Virus record (IMG/VR): IMGVR_UViG_3300045450_000131
Span: 97,228 to 161,227 of that record
Length of the DNA stretch: 64,000 nt
Direction: 5' to 3' (one strand)
Source of the DNA: a virus
Taxonomy: Duplodnaviria > Heunggongvirae > Uroviricota > Caudoviricetes
Shown: piece after piece, positions 37,197 to 46,053 of the stretch
Layout of the letters: every line of letters begins with the position of its first letter
How positions within the stretch are numbered: position 1 is the stretch's first letter
Position numbers and translations under genes: made by a program
Notes under the pieces: model-generated
The model's input: the letters and a program-made list of their open reading frames with translations, nothing else
What the model was told of the DNA's origin: nothing
The model's database searches: none

Positions 37197-37235
37197 GGCG
37201 AGCCAGTTTTAGACTCGCTTTTTGAAAAGCATGTT

Positions 37236-37268
37236 AAAAAGGGACAAGAATAATTCTTGTCCCTTTTT
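37236..37268. terminator. Bidirectional terminator after the sheath gene
   Basis: AAAAAGGGACAAGAAT-A-ATTCTTGTCCCTTTTT. Confidence 0.85.
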
Positions 37269-37283
37269 CATAATGCCTCTTAT

Positions 37284-39128
37284 TTAAAGAGCGCTGTCAG
37301 TAGCAACTACACGAATTGGAATATACACGAATTCAGCGGTTCTTGTTGGCTTAATAGCAACATCTAACCACAGTTCGTTTCTGTCAATGCGCTCAGCAGT
37401 GTTGTTGTTACCATCACATACTGATAGATAGTCAGTTAAACCACGCTTGATTAAGATGTCATTTAGAATGCCATCAGCCGCCGCCTTCAAGTTATCGCGT
37501 GTAATCTGGTCATTTGGTTCAAAGACGAATGGTAAAGCGCCCTTACGTAGTGAACGACGTAGGTACATAACTAGTCGCACAACGTTAATGCGGTCCATAG
37601 CAGAAGCCGCTGGAGCGGAAGTCTTCTGACCCCAAACTAGTAAACCACGACCCGCAAAGTACGCGATTGGGTTGATGTTCTTGTCGTACTCATATAGGTT
37701 ATCAACTTGGCCTTCATTCAAGTTAACTTCAACGAAGGTGGTCGCATTACCTGGTGTGCCAGTGAAATAGCCAGTTTTAGAAACGCCAGTTACTACACCG
37801 CGGCTTACACCGGCTGGAGCAGTCCAAACATAACCCGCATTATCAGAGATAGCGATAGTTCTTAGAGCAACGCCTGATGGTGCGCCTAATACGTTTCTGC
37901 CATCAAGATTAGATTGTAAAGCCCAAGGGTAGTAATATGCCGCGCTCTCGCTGGTAAATCTTTCGCTAGTTAAAGCCCATTGCGCAACTTGATCTGGTGT
38001 CTTGTCTGCTGGAGTATCAGCAATAACTAAAGCTTCATCCTTAACTGCAACGCTTAGCGCTAGCATCTCATCTACAACTTCATGGTAACCAGGGCAGACG
38101 ATTAGGTTGTATTCATAGAGGGAAGATCGTACTTCAACGTTGCTGTTGATTTCAGCCTGTAAAGCGGTAGTAATAGCAACACGACGTGCAGCATCATTTG
38201 CACCTAGTGGGCTAGAATTTGTAACGCTAGAAACGGTAACAGTAAACTCATCACCTGCAGCAAAGGCAGTGCTACCTGGTGTTGCAATGAAGTTGATTCT
38301 GTTATTGTCAAATGGTGAGTTAACAACACCAACGCCAGCGTTACCACTAACAGAACCAGTAACTGCGAATGCGGTTGGAGATGTAAATGAAATAGTAAAG
38401 GTTTCTGGGATTGCGAGTGCGTCTGAAACTAAGTTAACAAACTTACCATTACCAGTGTTGCCTGGCGCCGCCTCAACTTGGTATGTTAGGTTGAATGAGA
38501 ACTTGTCGCCCGCTGCAAAATTGGATGCGCCTGGCTGAACAGTAAAGTTAACTACAGTGGAGTTAAATGGTAAACCAACTGCACCAGCACCAATATAACC
38601 GGCGCTAGATCCAGTGACAGAGAAGGTAGATGGTGAAGTTAAGGTAACTACAATATCTTGCGGCTTAACTCTAGAGTCAGATGCGCTGATGTTAAAGAGA
38701 CTACCATCGCCTACGCCGTTAAAAACTGGCTCACTGGTAATAACTGGGGTTCCAAGAGAGATGAATGTCTCTGCTTCGTCGGACAAATCAATGTTTGCTC
38801 TGACGACATATGCCCTATTACCAGCCCCTAGAAAGTGGTTTAAAGCTAAAAGACCGTATTCATTTCTTGCGTCGCCGTGGTATTCATTTCCAGACACGTC
38901 GCGTCGGAATGATGGAACACCGTAAAGCTGGAGGGACTGTGCTAAAGAAGTTACTGTTCTAACTACTGAATGCTCTAATGTACCGGCTGCTGGGGTAACG
39001 CCGTTAGTTTGGGTCTTGCCTGCGCGGGTGGCGACAAAAATCAATGGAACGGTAGGTGCCGAAACTGGAATAAAGAAACTCTCGTTGGTAACAGTGACGG
39101 AAACGCCTGGTGAAACGCGTGTTGCCAT
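37284..39128 (-). CDS. gp18: Tail sheath protein, gp18-like
   Basis: SPGVSV, AAYYYPW, W.APAG..RG, INPI, WGQKT, DRINV.RL, FEPND and AEF.YIPI motifs. Confidence 0.95.
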   Translation of the reverse strand: MATRVSPGVSVTVTNESFFIPVSAPTVPLIFVATRAGKTQTNGVTPAAGTLEHSVVRTVTSLAQSLQLYGVPSFRRDVSGNEYHGDARNEYGLLALNHFLGAGNRAYVVRANIDLSDEAETFISLGTPVITSEPVFNGVGDGSLFNISASDSRVKPQDIVVTLTSPSTFSVTGSSAGYIGAGAVGLPFNSTVVNFTVQPGASNFAAGDKFSFNLTYQVEAAPGNTGNGKFVNLVSDALAIPETFTISFTSPTAFAVTGSVSGNAGVGVVNSPFDNNRINFIATPGSTAFAAGDEFTVTVSSVTNSSPLGANDAARRVAITTALQAEINSNVEVRSSLYEYNLIVCPGYHEVVDEMLALSVAVKDEALVIADTPADKTPDQVAQWALTSERFTSESAAYYYPWALQSNLDGRNVLGAPSGVALRTIAISDNAGYVWTAPAGVSRGVVTGVSKTGYFTGTPGNATTFVEVNLNEGQVDNLYEYDKNINPIAYFAGRGLLVWGQKTSAPAASAMDRINVVRLVMYLRRSLRKGALPFVFEPNDQITRDNLKAAADGILNDILIKRGLTDYLSVCDGNNNTAERIDRNELWLDVAIKPTRTAEFVYIPIRVVATDSAL

Positions 39129-39181
39129 TGTTTTTCTCCTATCATTGGCAGAAATATCTTCTGCTCTGGTTGTTCATCGGA

Positions 39182-39189
39182 TATTTATG
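39182..39189 (-). promoter_or_regulatory. Late promoter-like CATAAATA
   Basis: About 55 nt upstream of the sheath start. Confidence 0.65.
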
Positions 39190-39220
39190 TTATAGCCAGG
39201 TTTTAGTCGAGATATGAACG

Positions 39221-39889
39221 TCACTTTTTATCAAATCCCAAGTAAGTTGATAGCGGTCTTGCCCATCCATCCTCTATTGGAATAGAAATATACCTATCAC
39301 ATTCAACCATAATTTCTCTCTTAATTGATAAGGCATAATCGAGGTCTCTATCTGTGTAATTTAAGCTATTAAAATAAGCATCTAGCTCTTCATTATTAAA
39401 TTTATCACCATCCATATATTGTTTTCGTAGGCTTTTATCTTTCTGCCTATCATCCATCAAGTACATTTCTATCTGATCAAATAAATCTTCGACATGAGGT
39501 GACCATAAGAATTTAAAATCGCCAATTGGAAATACTACATTTGTTTTGCCATAACCACCGGTGAATATATCTCCATACTTACCCATACAGAACATAGACC
39601 CCTTTCGGCCATTAATGTCAAATTTTTCTTTCATATAATGGTCAATATAATCATGCAGTGGTTTCCATGTAGATAAGGGAGTTCTATCTTTTCTAACTTC
39701 CTTTTCATACGCATTTACTTTATCTTCTATTTCTGGCACATCATAAATGCCAATAAGACCGCCCTTACTGTGGCTCCCTCTATACATCAAATTTGCTTTT
39801 TTGGATTCGGAAATAAATGGCATGCACTGATCATAGATTAACTCTTTTAGCCCTTTACTCTCGGTAATAAATTGCTTGAATGTTTTCAT
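39221..39889 (-). CDS. ADP-ribosyltransferase-fold-like paralog A2
   Basis: Starts MKTFKQFITE; MYRG / VRKDRTP / MFCMG / GYG / FPIGDFK.LWS..V.DL / REIMVECD. Confidence 0.62.
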   Translation of the reverse strand: MKTFKQFITESKGLKELIYDQCMPFISESKKANLMYRGSHSKGGLIGIYDVPEIEDKVNAYEKEVRKDRTPLSTWKPLHDYIDHYMKEKFDINGRKGSMFCMGKYGDIFTGGYGKTNVVFPIGDFKFLWSPHVEDLFDQIEMYLMDDRQKDKSLRKQYMDGDKFNNEELDAYFNSLNYTDRDLDYALSIKREIMVECDRYISIPIEDGWARPLSTYLGFDKK

Positions 39890-40695
39890 TTGCCTTTTAC
39901 TCTGTCTGGATATATGTTATCAGGTTGCGGTGGAATGGGGCCTTCAGCATCACGAGAATCAATCTCAATACGTGCAATTGGATCACCAAATGGTAAAACA
40001 TTACCATCTGCATCGACCTCATTGATGTGCATCTGATTTAAGCTGCCAATCTGAACAATAATCTTTCTAACTAAATCATCCTTTACCCCCATTGGAATAC
40101 TTAGGTAAATTGGCATGGTGAAAGTTAGAGTCCAATTTACAATCCTATGTTCTGTGCCGGATGGATAATTTTCTTCGTTGGCAATATCATCCAATATGAC
40201 TCTAGTTAACTTAGTCCAATCAAATGCGCCGTCTGACTTTTGAATCTGGATGTCAGGGTTGAATAAAACTAAAATCTGCTCCAATATTTGATGCAACTGC
40301 TGGGTATTAGATGCATAAATTGAGAGTTCTACGCTCATATTATATGGGACTGGCATAACTCTTTTAACAACAGTTAAGTCTTCTGGGAAAACACCGCCAG
40401 TTTTCATAGTAACGCGCTGATCAACTAAGCCAGTGGTCCGGCGCCTAGTTTCATCAGGACTAAGTCCAGTCATGAAGACCGACATTGTAGGCAAACTGAA
40501 TTGTCTATTTTGTGTATTGCCGCTCATGATAGCCGCAACAACTCTATCTTTATTACCGACTAATACTGGCACTGAAATCATTTCAGCAACGTCACATTCC
40601 CCAATCCCAGTCTGCACCTGCAAACCGTGGAAAATGCTGATAAATTGCAATAAGTATTGCCTTAATTGCCCATCATAATAGTATGAATTAATCAT
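39886..40695 (-). CDS. gp15: Tail terminator / sheath stabiliser, gp15-like
   Basis: YYYDGQLRQYL.QF, LPTMS, PVPYN...EL.IY, QI.EQIL..FNP and W.LTF motifs. Confidence 0.82.
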   Translation of the reverse strand: MINSYYYDGQLRQYLLQFISIFHGLQVQTGIGECDVAEMISVPVLVGNKDRVVAAIMSGNTQNRQFSLPTMSVFMTGLSPDETRRRTTGLVDQRVTMKTGGVFPEDLTVVKRVMPVPYNMSVELSIYASNTQQLHQILEQILVLFNPDIQIQKSDGAFDWTKLTRVILDDIANEENYPSGTEHRIVNWTLTFTMPIYLSIPMGVKDDLVRKIIVQIGSLNQMHINEVDADGNVLPFGDPIARIEIDSRDAEGPIPPQPDNIYPDRVKGK

Positions 40696-41371
40696 CTAAT
40701 CCCATCCTAATAACTCTTTTGCCACCATAAGATTCATACGGCACGCCATAATATTCATCGCATAGTAGCATGATTTCGCTGTTTGAATTTAAAGCACCCT
40801 CTAAATCCATCTTAAAGTTAAGTTCATCCAACTCAGCTTCAACTCTATTAAGAGCATCTTGATACATGGATTTATCCCCTTTATACGAAACTGCTCTTCT
40901 AACGTGCAACCCGGCCATTAAGTTATCAAAGTCATGATAAAGGTCCTTAACCATTGGTGACCAAATAACCTTAAAATTGCCAATTGGGAAGATTGCATAT
41001 AATGCACCGTACTCCGATGCCTCTCCAGCTAATCTTTCTGGATAGCAAAACGCGGCTTGGGTTCTTGGTCTTACTTTAAACTTTTGTTGAAAATAGTCAT
41101 CTAAGATCTGCGTTTCTTCCTTACTCATGTCAACTGGAGTTCTATCTTTTCTTACAGCCTTTTTTACATATGGGTAAGAATCATAAGAGGAATACTCTGA
41201 CATATCCTTAAATGGATGTTTTACATGCATTGGTTTGTGAGACCAAGATCTAAATCCGCGAGTTAAAAATTTGCCACCAGACTGAGATAGAAATGGCTGA
41301 CAATCTCTCTTAATTAAATCAAAGGGATTAACGTTTTCATCTTCACTTAGAAATTGCTTAAATGTAATCAT
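40688..41371 (-). CDS. ADP-ribosyltransferase-fold-like paralog A3
   Basis: Starts MITFKQFLSE; LTRG / VRKDRTP.D / RPR...FC / A.EYG / FPIGNFK.IWS / SEIMLLCD. Confidence 0.62.
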   Translation of the reverse strand: MITFKQFLSEDENVNPFDLIKRDCQPFLSQSGGKFLTRGFRSWSHKPMHVKHPFKDMSEYSSYDSYPYVKKAVRKDRTPVDMSKEETQILDDYFQQKFKVRPRTQAAFCYPERLAGEASEYGALYAIFPIGNFKVIWSPMVKDLYHDFDNLMAGLHVRRAVSYKGDKSMYQDALNRVEAELDELNFKMDLEGALNSNSEIMLLCDEYYGVPYESYGGKRVIRMGLDD

Positions 41372-42057
41372 ACTAGTATCATTAAGTATTTGTTACATGA
41401 GATCATGATCTCATAATCGGTTTTATCGGTAATTGCTTCTAGTAAATTTTTATCTGTGTATGTCCCAATATATGAATTAAAGGCATCATTAAACAAATCT
41501 TTTACTTCACCGGGCGCTGACTGAATTGCCTTATTAATGGATAAATATTTTGTCTCTAAATCTGAGTGTCTCCACGCCCTATGCATTTTAGCAGATAAAT
41601 CTTTAACCTCCGGTGACCAGATATATTTAAAGTTGCCTATAGGAACAAAAATGCAGGATCGCCCGTACCCTCCTGCAACTTCTTCATCTGCTACAACAAA
41701 TATACCCTGCTTTCTTGGTTCCCACCCAAATATCTGCTTAAATTTTTCATCGACCAAATTACTAACAATAGGATTTGTATCTAGCGGACGACGATCTAAT
41801 CTAGGTGATTTAGTAAAGCACTCATAGACGGTTTCATGATTGTAGCCACCACCGTCATACCTTACACTCAATTTAAATCTTTCAGGCATGCTATCTCTAC
41901 TAGTGCCCCTGAATAAAGGGTAATCTAAAACCTGGTCAGCTTTAATTCCTAGATGGGATAAAAATGGCTTGCAGTGCTCATCGACATATTCGAAAAGAGA
42001 TGGATATTCATCATCTTCGTCCTCTTCAGATAGTAGAAATTCTCTAAAGCTAATCAT
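41368..42057 (-). CDS. ADP-ribosyltransferase-fold-like paralog A4
   Basis: Starts MISFREFLLSEE; LFRG / R.DRRPLD / EPRKQGIF / AGGYG / PIGNFKYIWS / YEIMISC. Confidence 0.62.
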   Translation of the reverse strand: MISFREFLLSEEDEDDEYPSLFEYVDEHCKPFLSHLGIKADQVLDYPLFRGTSRDSMPERFKLSVRYDGGGYNHETVYECFTKSPRLDRRPLDTNPIVSNLVDEKFKQIFGWEPRKQGIFVVADEEVAGGYGRSCIFVPIGNFKYIWSPEVKDLSAKMHRAWRHSDLETKYLSINKAIQSAPGEVKDLFNDAFNSYIGTYTDKNLLEAITDKTDYEIMISCNKYLMILV

Positions 42058-42728
42058 AGAAATTCCGGCAGAGAATAACGTAAGCGATAAGGGACCGCGT
42101 AATACTCATCACATATAACCATGACTTCGTTCGGGGTCTTAAGTGCGGCGCCAATTTCATCCGTGTAATCAAAACCCGCTATATGCTTATTAATCACGTC
42201 TTGATATTTCTGGCCAGATGGGAAAGCATGCTCCTCATCTTCAAATTTACTTAAAGATGGTATCTTGTTTCTCTTAATTGCCGTATACAAGTCAGCCACT
42301 TGCTTAGAGTATATGATCTTAAAATCGCCAATTGGAAAAATTAGATATGCGTCACCATAACCTTCTGCTTGCGAAATTCCTTCTGCTCCTGTACAGAACA
42401 AACCTTCCGACCTAGGTCTAACTCCAAATTTTTTCTCTAAGAAATTGTCGATTGCATCTGCCAAATCGGGATCAGTATCTAACGGCTTACGATCCTTTCT
42501 AACTGGAATTTTATATGCAAAATCCTTAAAAAGCGGATATTTTTTAGTCGCTCTCGGCGCGCCTTTAAAACCCCTAAGCAGATAACTACGATCGCCAAAG
42601 TGCTTTAAAAATGGACCGCAGTCATTTTTAATATCATTTGCTAAATCTCTACGCTCCTGGTCAAGCTCATCCGCAAAACTCTCTTTAAGAATATGCTCTT
42701 CTTGAATAAATTGTTTGAATGTAATCAT
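42054..42728 (-). CDS. ADP-ribosyltransferase-fold-like paralog A5
   Basis: Starts MITFKQFIQE; LLRG / VRKDRKPLD / RPRSEGLFCT / A.GYG / FPIGDFK / NEVMVICD. Confidence 0.62.
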   Translation of the reverse strand: MITFKQFIQEEHILKESFADELDQERRDLANDIKNDCGPFLKHFGDRSYLLRGFKGAPRATKKYPLFKDFAYKIPVRKDRKPLDTDPDLADAIDNFLEKKFGVRPRSEGLFCTGAEGISQAEGYGDAYLIFPIGDFKIIYSKQVADLYTAIKRNKIPSLSKFEDEEHAFPSGQKYQDVINKHIAGFDYTDEIGAALKTPNEVMVICDEYYAVPYRLRYSLPEFL

Positions 42729-42731
42729 ATA

Positions 42732-43373
42732 TTATTTAAATCTTGGGACAATAAGATAAGCGCCGCATTTAATGATGGTTTCATTTCCAAACCTAATTGC
42801 GTCCTTAACAGAATAATTTTTGTAAGAGTCAATAATAGGTTCTAACTTTTCAAAAATTAGATCTAAATCTTTTACTTCCATATTTGTTCGTGGGTTAAGA
42901 TCGTCACGAGCCGCATCCTTCTGAATCACCGTGTATAATACTCTTAGCAAATCATCTACGTTTTCTGACGTGACGCACTTGTAATCGCCGAGTGGGTATA
43001 TTCTACATGTGTCTCCATACTGGTGTGCTTGCATGCTATCAGAGGTACAAAAGACGCCTTGAGTTCTTGGACGCCAACCAAGTCTTTCTTCAAACTCATC
43101 ATCTAGTCGACGAGTAATTTGTTCAGAAATATCTTTTGGCTTTCTTTCGGCTCGAGTAAATCTAATATAGCAGTCCTTCTCTTCACCGTCAATTAATAAT
43201 GTTACGCGAGTATCACTATTAGATAATTTTAGTCCTCGAAATAATCTCAAATCATATAAGTTGTGCAAACCTACATCTTCGATTAATTGCTCAGCCCTAT
43301 CTGATAGAAACTCCTCCAGAGTTTCTATCTCAGTATCCTCTTCACTGAGTAGAAATTGCTTAAATGTAATCAT
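42732..43373 (-). CDS. ADP-ribosyltransferase-fold-like paralog A6
   Basis: Starts MITFKQFLLSEE; LFRG / RAERKPKD / RPRTQGVFCTSD / A.QYG / YPLGDYK / NETIIKC. Confidence 0.62.
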   Translation of the reverse strand: MITFKQFLLSEEDTEIETLEEFLSDRAEQLIEDVGLHNLYDLRLFRGLKLSNSDTRVTLLIDGEEKDCYIRFTRAERKPKDISEQITRRLDDEFEERLGWRPRTQGVFCTSDSMQAHQYGDTCRIYPLGDYKCVTSENVDDLLRVLYTVIQKDAARDDLNPRTNMEVKDLDLIFEKLEPIIDSYKNYSVKDAIRFGNETIIKCGAYLIVPRFK

Positions 43374-45226
43374 ATCTTTTTGCTTGTTGGCGAAATCTTT
43401 GTCTGCATATTTAGGATTTCCCGCTGACTCTGAGTGTGGGATGAGCGTTGATTTCTACGATCAGTTTCAGAATACATCCATTTGTTCTTCACTTCGCTGA
43501 ATTTATATAGGCGTGCCGCCATGTTAAGTTTCGGGTCATATTCGAGGCGGAAGTAGGCCCCGTCTTTAATACCAGCAACGTCAGGCAACTTAAATCCAGT
43601 TTCATAATGCCCACCGTCAGGCGGTAAACCATCCTCTTGGAATAAGCCTACACCATCGTAAGAACCCGGTTGATTAAATCGATTTGTTCCGCTTGCCTGC
43701 TCGCGCATGTTAGTTCCACTCTCAGGCACTGCGTATTTTGCTTCTGCTTCGTTTCTTTCAGTAATAGTAAGAGGCGCAGTTTGAATCTGCTCGATGCCCT
43801 TAAAGAAGTCGCCATCATCGACGATGTATTTCTGAGTATCTACCGTGCCTAATATATCGCGGTGCTCTTGAGATGGGATAAGTTGCTGTGCTTGGAAGCG
43901 GTACATAATTGGCTTCCATCCAGTTGTATAGCCATCTACTGCCCATCCCACGTCAGATACTTCTAAAAATTTTCTAACTGGCTTTAGGTTATGATCATAT
44001 TGCATTTCGCTTGGCACTTCCAAGACATCGCCAACGACTACAGGCCTACCTAAATTTCTTACCATTTCAGCAAATGAGACGTTGAACGAATAGATGTCTG
44101 CAATTTGAAAACCAAATTTTGACAAGTCACTAACTGAATCAAATGGGGTGTATTGTGCCTTTAGCTGAATAGATGACTTTGCATAGTCTCGATCCCTATT
44201 CTCCATGAATAAACTATCTTGAATGTCATCTAGGGTTGTGGCTTGGAAGTCAAATAACTCCAACTTATCAACCGCCCATGGGGAATCATTCAGCACACCA
44301 GCAAATGATAAAGGCACTAATCTCCAATATCTAGATGGGGCACTCTGCTTAATTCTAATTAAGGCTGGAGAATCTACATTTGGTAAGTTAACGACGTCGA
44401 CTCTTTTCCACATCATTTCTAGTGGGATCATAAATGAGTCATTCACATTATATGGCTTATTCCCCTGCACAATTGTGAATGAGCCAATCATGCTGTTGAA
44501 TTGAACGTTAACTGTCGCTTCTCCTAAAATATTGGTCGATTTAGGAGTAGTGAATGCGACGGTGAATTTAGTTGGCGAAGTCGCGAAAAGCATGAAGGAG
44601 CCCAACTTTGGCTCGCTACCCACAATAAAGTTGCCGATGCTACCATTACCCTGATTATCTCCAGTAATAATTTTTAAAGGATTAACAAAGAAGTCACCAT
44701 CAGACCGATCAACTCTAACTTGTAATGCGCGAGTATTCTTATCTTGATTTTGCTTAATTCTGAATGAGGTGATGTGAGTCAGTTCTGGCTGACCTGGTGC
44801 ATTCTCGGGTAAACCATAAGATGTTTTCCGGACACCAAAATCATAACCAATATATGCAGGCGCTTGGATTACTTGAATGCCAGTTTGGATGGAGTTCCAC
44901 TCACCTTCTAAGTCATCAAATGCCATTGAAGTATCTGAGGAACCGATCGGCTTGCCATGCCCAGTCAAGTCAATTAATTTACCCTGTTCATGAATGCCTA
45001 GCAGTTTGAATACATTTACGGGTGCACCAGAGATGTTTAGGGACTCGGCGGCAAGTTGCTCTTGGTACCTATTTTCCGGAACTGCGCATTCATCCTGGGT
45101 AATTTTAAATGTCCCAACACAGAGCTCCGGTGGGACATACGCCTGCACTGGTGCCAAGTTGGATGTATTAGCATTAATGCTACCTGCAGCATCAACGCAT
45201 TGTTCTAGAGTAAGACGTTCAGACAC
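43370..45226 (-). CDS. Neck protein, gp14-like, enlarged
   Basis: EQ.L.AESL.I.G..V, FMENRDR.Y, LSKFG.QI.D, PVVVGDVL..P and EV.DV motifs; 618 aa. Confidence 0.7.
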   Translation of the reverse strand: MSERLTLEQCVDAAGSINANTSNLAPVQAYVPPELCVGTFKITQDECAVPENRYQEQLAAESLNISGAPVNVFKLLGIHEQGKLIDLTGHGKPIGSSDTSMAFDDLEGEWNSIQTGIQVIQAPAYIGYDFGVRKTSYGLPENAPGQPELTHITSFRIKQNQDKNTRALQVRVDRSDGDFFVNPLKIITGDNQGNGSIGNFIVGSEPKLGSFMLFATSPTKFTVAFTTPKSTNILGEATVNVQFNSMIGSFTIVQGNKPYNVNDSFMIPLEMMWKRVDVVNLPNVDSPALIRIKQSAPSRYWRLVPLSFAGVLNDSPWAVDKLELFDFQATTLDDIQDSLFMENRDRDYAKSSIQLKAQYTPFDSVSDLSKFGFQIADIYSFNVSFAEMVRNLGRPVVVGDVLEVPSEMQYDHNLKPVRKFLEVSDVGWAVDGYTTGWKPIMYRFQAQQLIPSQEHRDILGTVDTQKYIVDDGDFFKGIEQIQTAPLTITERNEAEAKYAVPESGTNMREQASGTNRFNQPGSYDGVGLFQEDGLPPDGGHYETGFKLPDVAGIKDGAYFRLEYDPKLNMAARLYKFSEVKNKWMYSETDRRNQRSSHTQSQREILNMQTKISPTSKKI

Positions 45227-46052
45227 CTTTATATCCTAATGTTTGTAAGTAATTTACGAGGTCTAGGTCAACGTTATCTTGGTCAGACTCTTCATCAACT
45301 AAAATAAAAATTGCCTTTCCTTGAATATAGATTTCATTATCTAAAGTTTTATTTTTAATATTATTGCCATTGCCGCGGACAAAATTGGTAGGAGTTAACA
45401 CTGCCTTAAAATAATCTAGGAAGTTGTTTACGTTGTGCAATTCAAACTTTTCTAAAATTTCTTTACACTCATCAATCAAATAAGAGCTTGAATGTGAATC
45501 ATCTTCACCTTTTAATTTTTTTATTTGTGAATTTAAAAAATCGACGTTAATTTGTGGTAGCACTTTTACCAGTTCTTCATAGGTAGTAATATCATGCTTT
45601 CCCATTTGCAATGCATAATTCACCTGTGTCATCAGTGAGCCTAGGTCGGCTTCACCTTCAAATGCATGCCATAAATCTGCAGTAGGAACAATACCAATGT
45701 TCGCGTCATCATATGGTAAAACCAAATAAAGTGAACCGAACCCCTGTGCGTTGCTTTTATCTGTGCTGCAAATAAAAGAGCGTGATCTCTTTGGGTAGCC
45801 TTTCCATTCTGGTGCGTTATCCAAATACAAAGTATAGTAGTTAGAAGTATTAGCGGACTTTCTTTCTTTACCTAAATTAGAATCACCTAAAAAGGTAGAT
45901 GAGCTATTAAAAGTGCCGCGATAAATTTTAGAATTTTTGGACTTAATATAGCCCATGCAATGCTGCTTAATTAGATTGATGGCTTCTTCACTAGTAAGAG
46001 TTTTGGTTCTCTCACTGCCAGCTTCGTATAGAAATTGTTTGAATGTAATCAT
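45219..46052 (-). CDS. ADP-ribosyltransferase-fold-like paralog B2
   Basis: Starts MITFKQFLYE at 46052; IYRG / RKSANTSNYY / PKRSRSFICSTD / A.GFG / DNEIYIQG. Confidence 0.65.
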   Translation of the reverse strand: MITFKQFLYEAGSERTKTLTSEEAINLIKQHCMGYIKSKNSKIYRGTFNSSSTFLGDSNLGKERKSANTSNYYTLYLDNAPEWKGYPKRSRSFICSTDKSNAQGFGSLYLVLPYDDANIGIVPTADLWHAFEGEADLGSLMTQVNYALQMGKHDITTYEELVKVLPQINVDFLNSQIKKLKGEDDSHSSSYLIDECKEILEKFELHNVNNFLDYFKAVLTPTNFVRGNGNNIKNKTLDNEIYIQGKAIFILVDEESDQDNVDLDLVNYLQTLGYKGV

Positions 46053-46053
46053 G

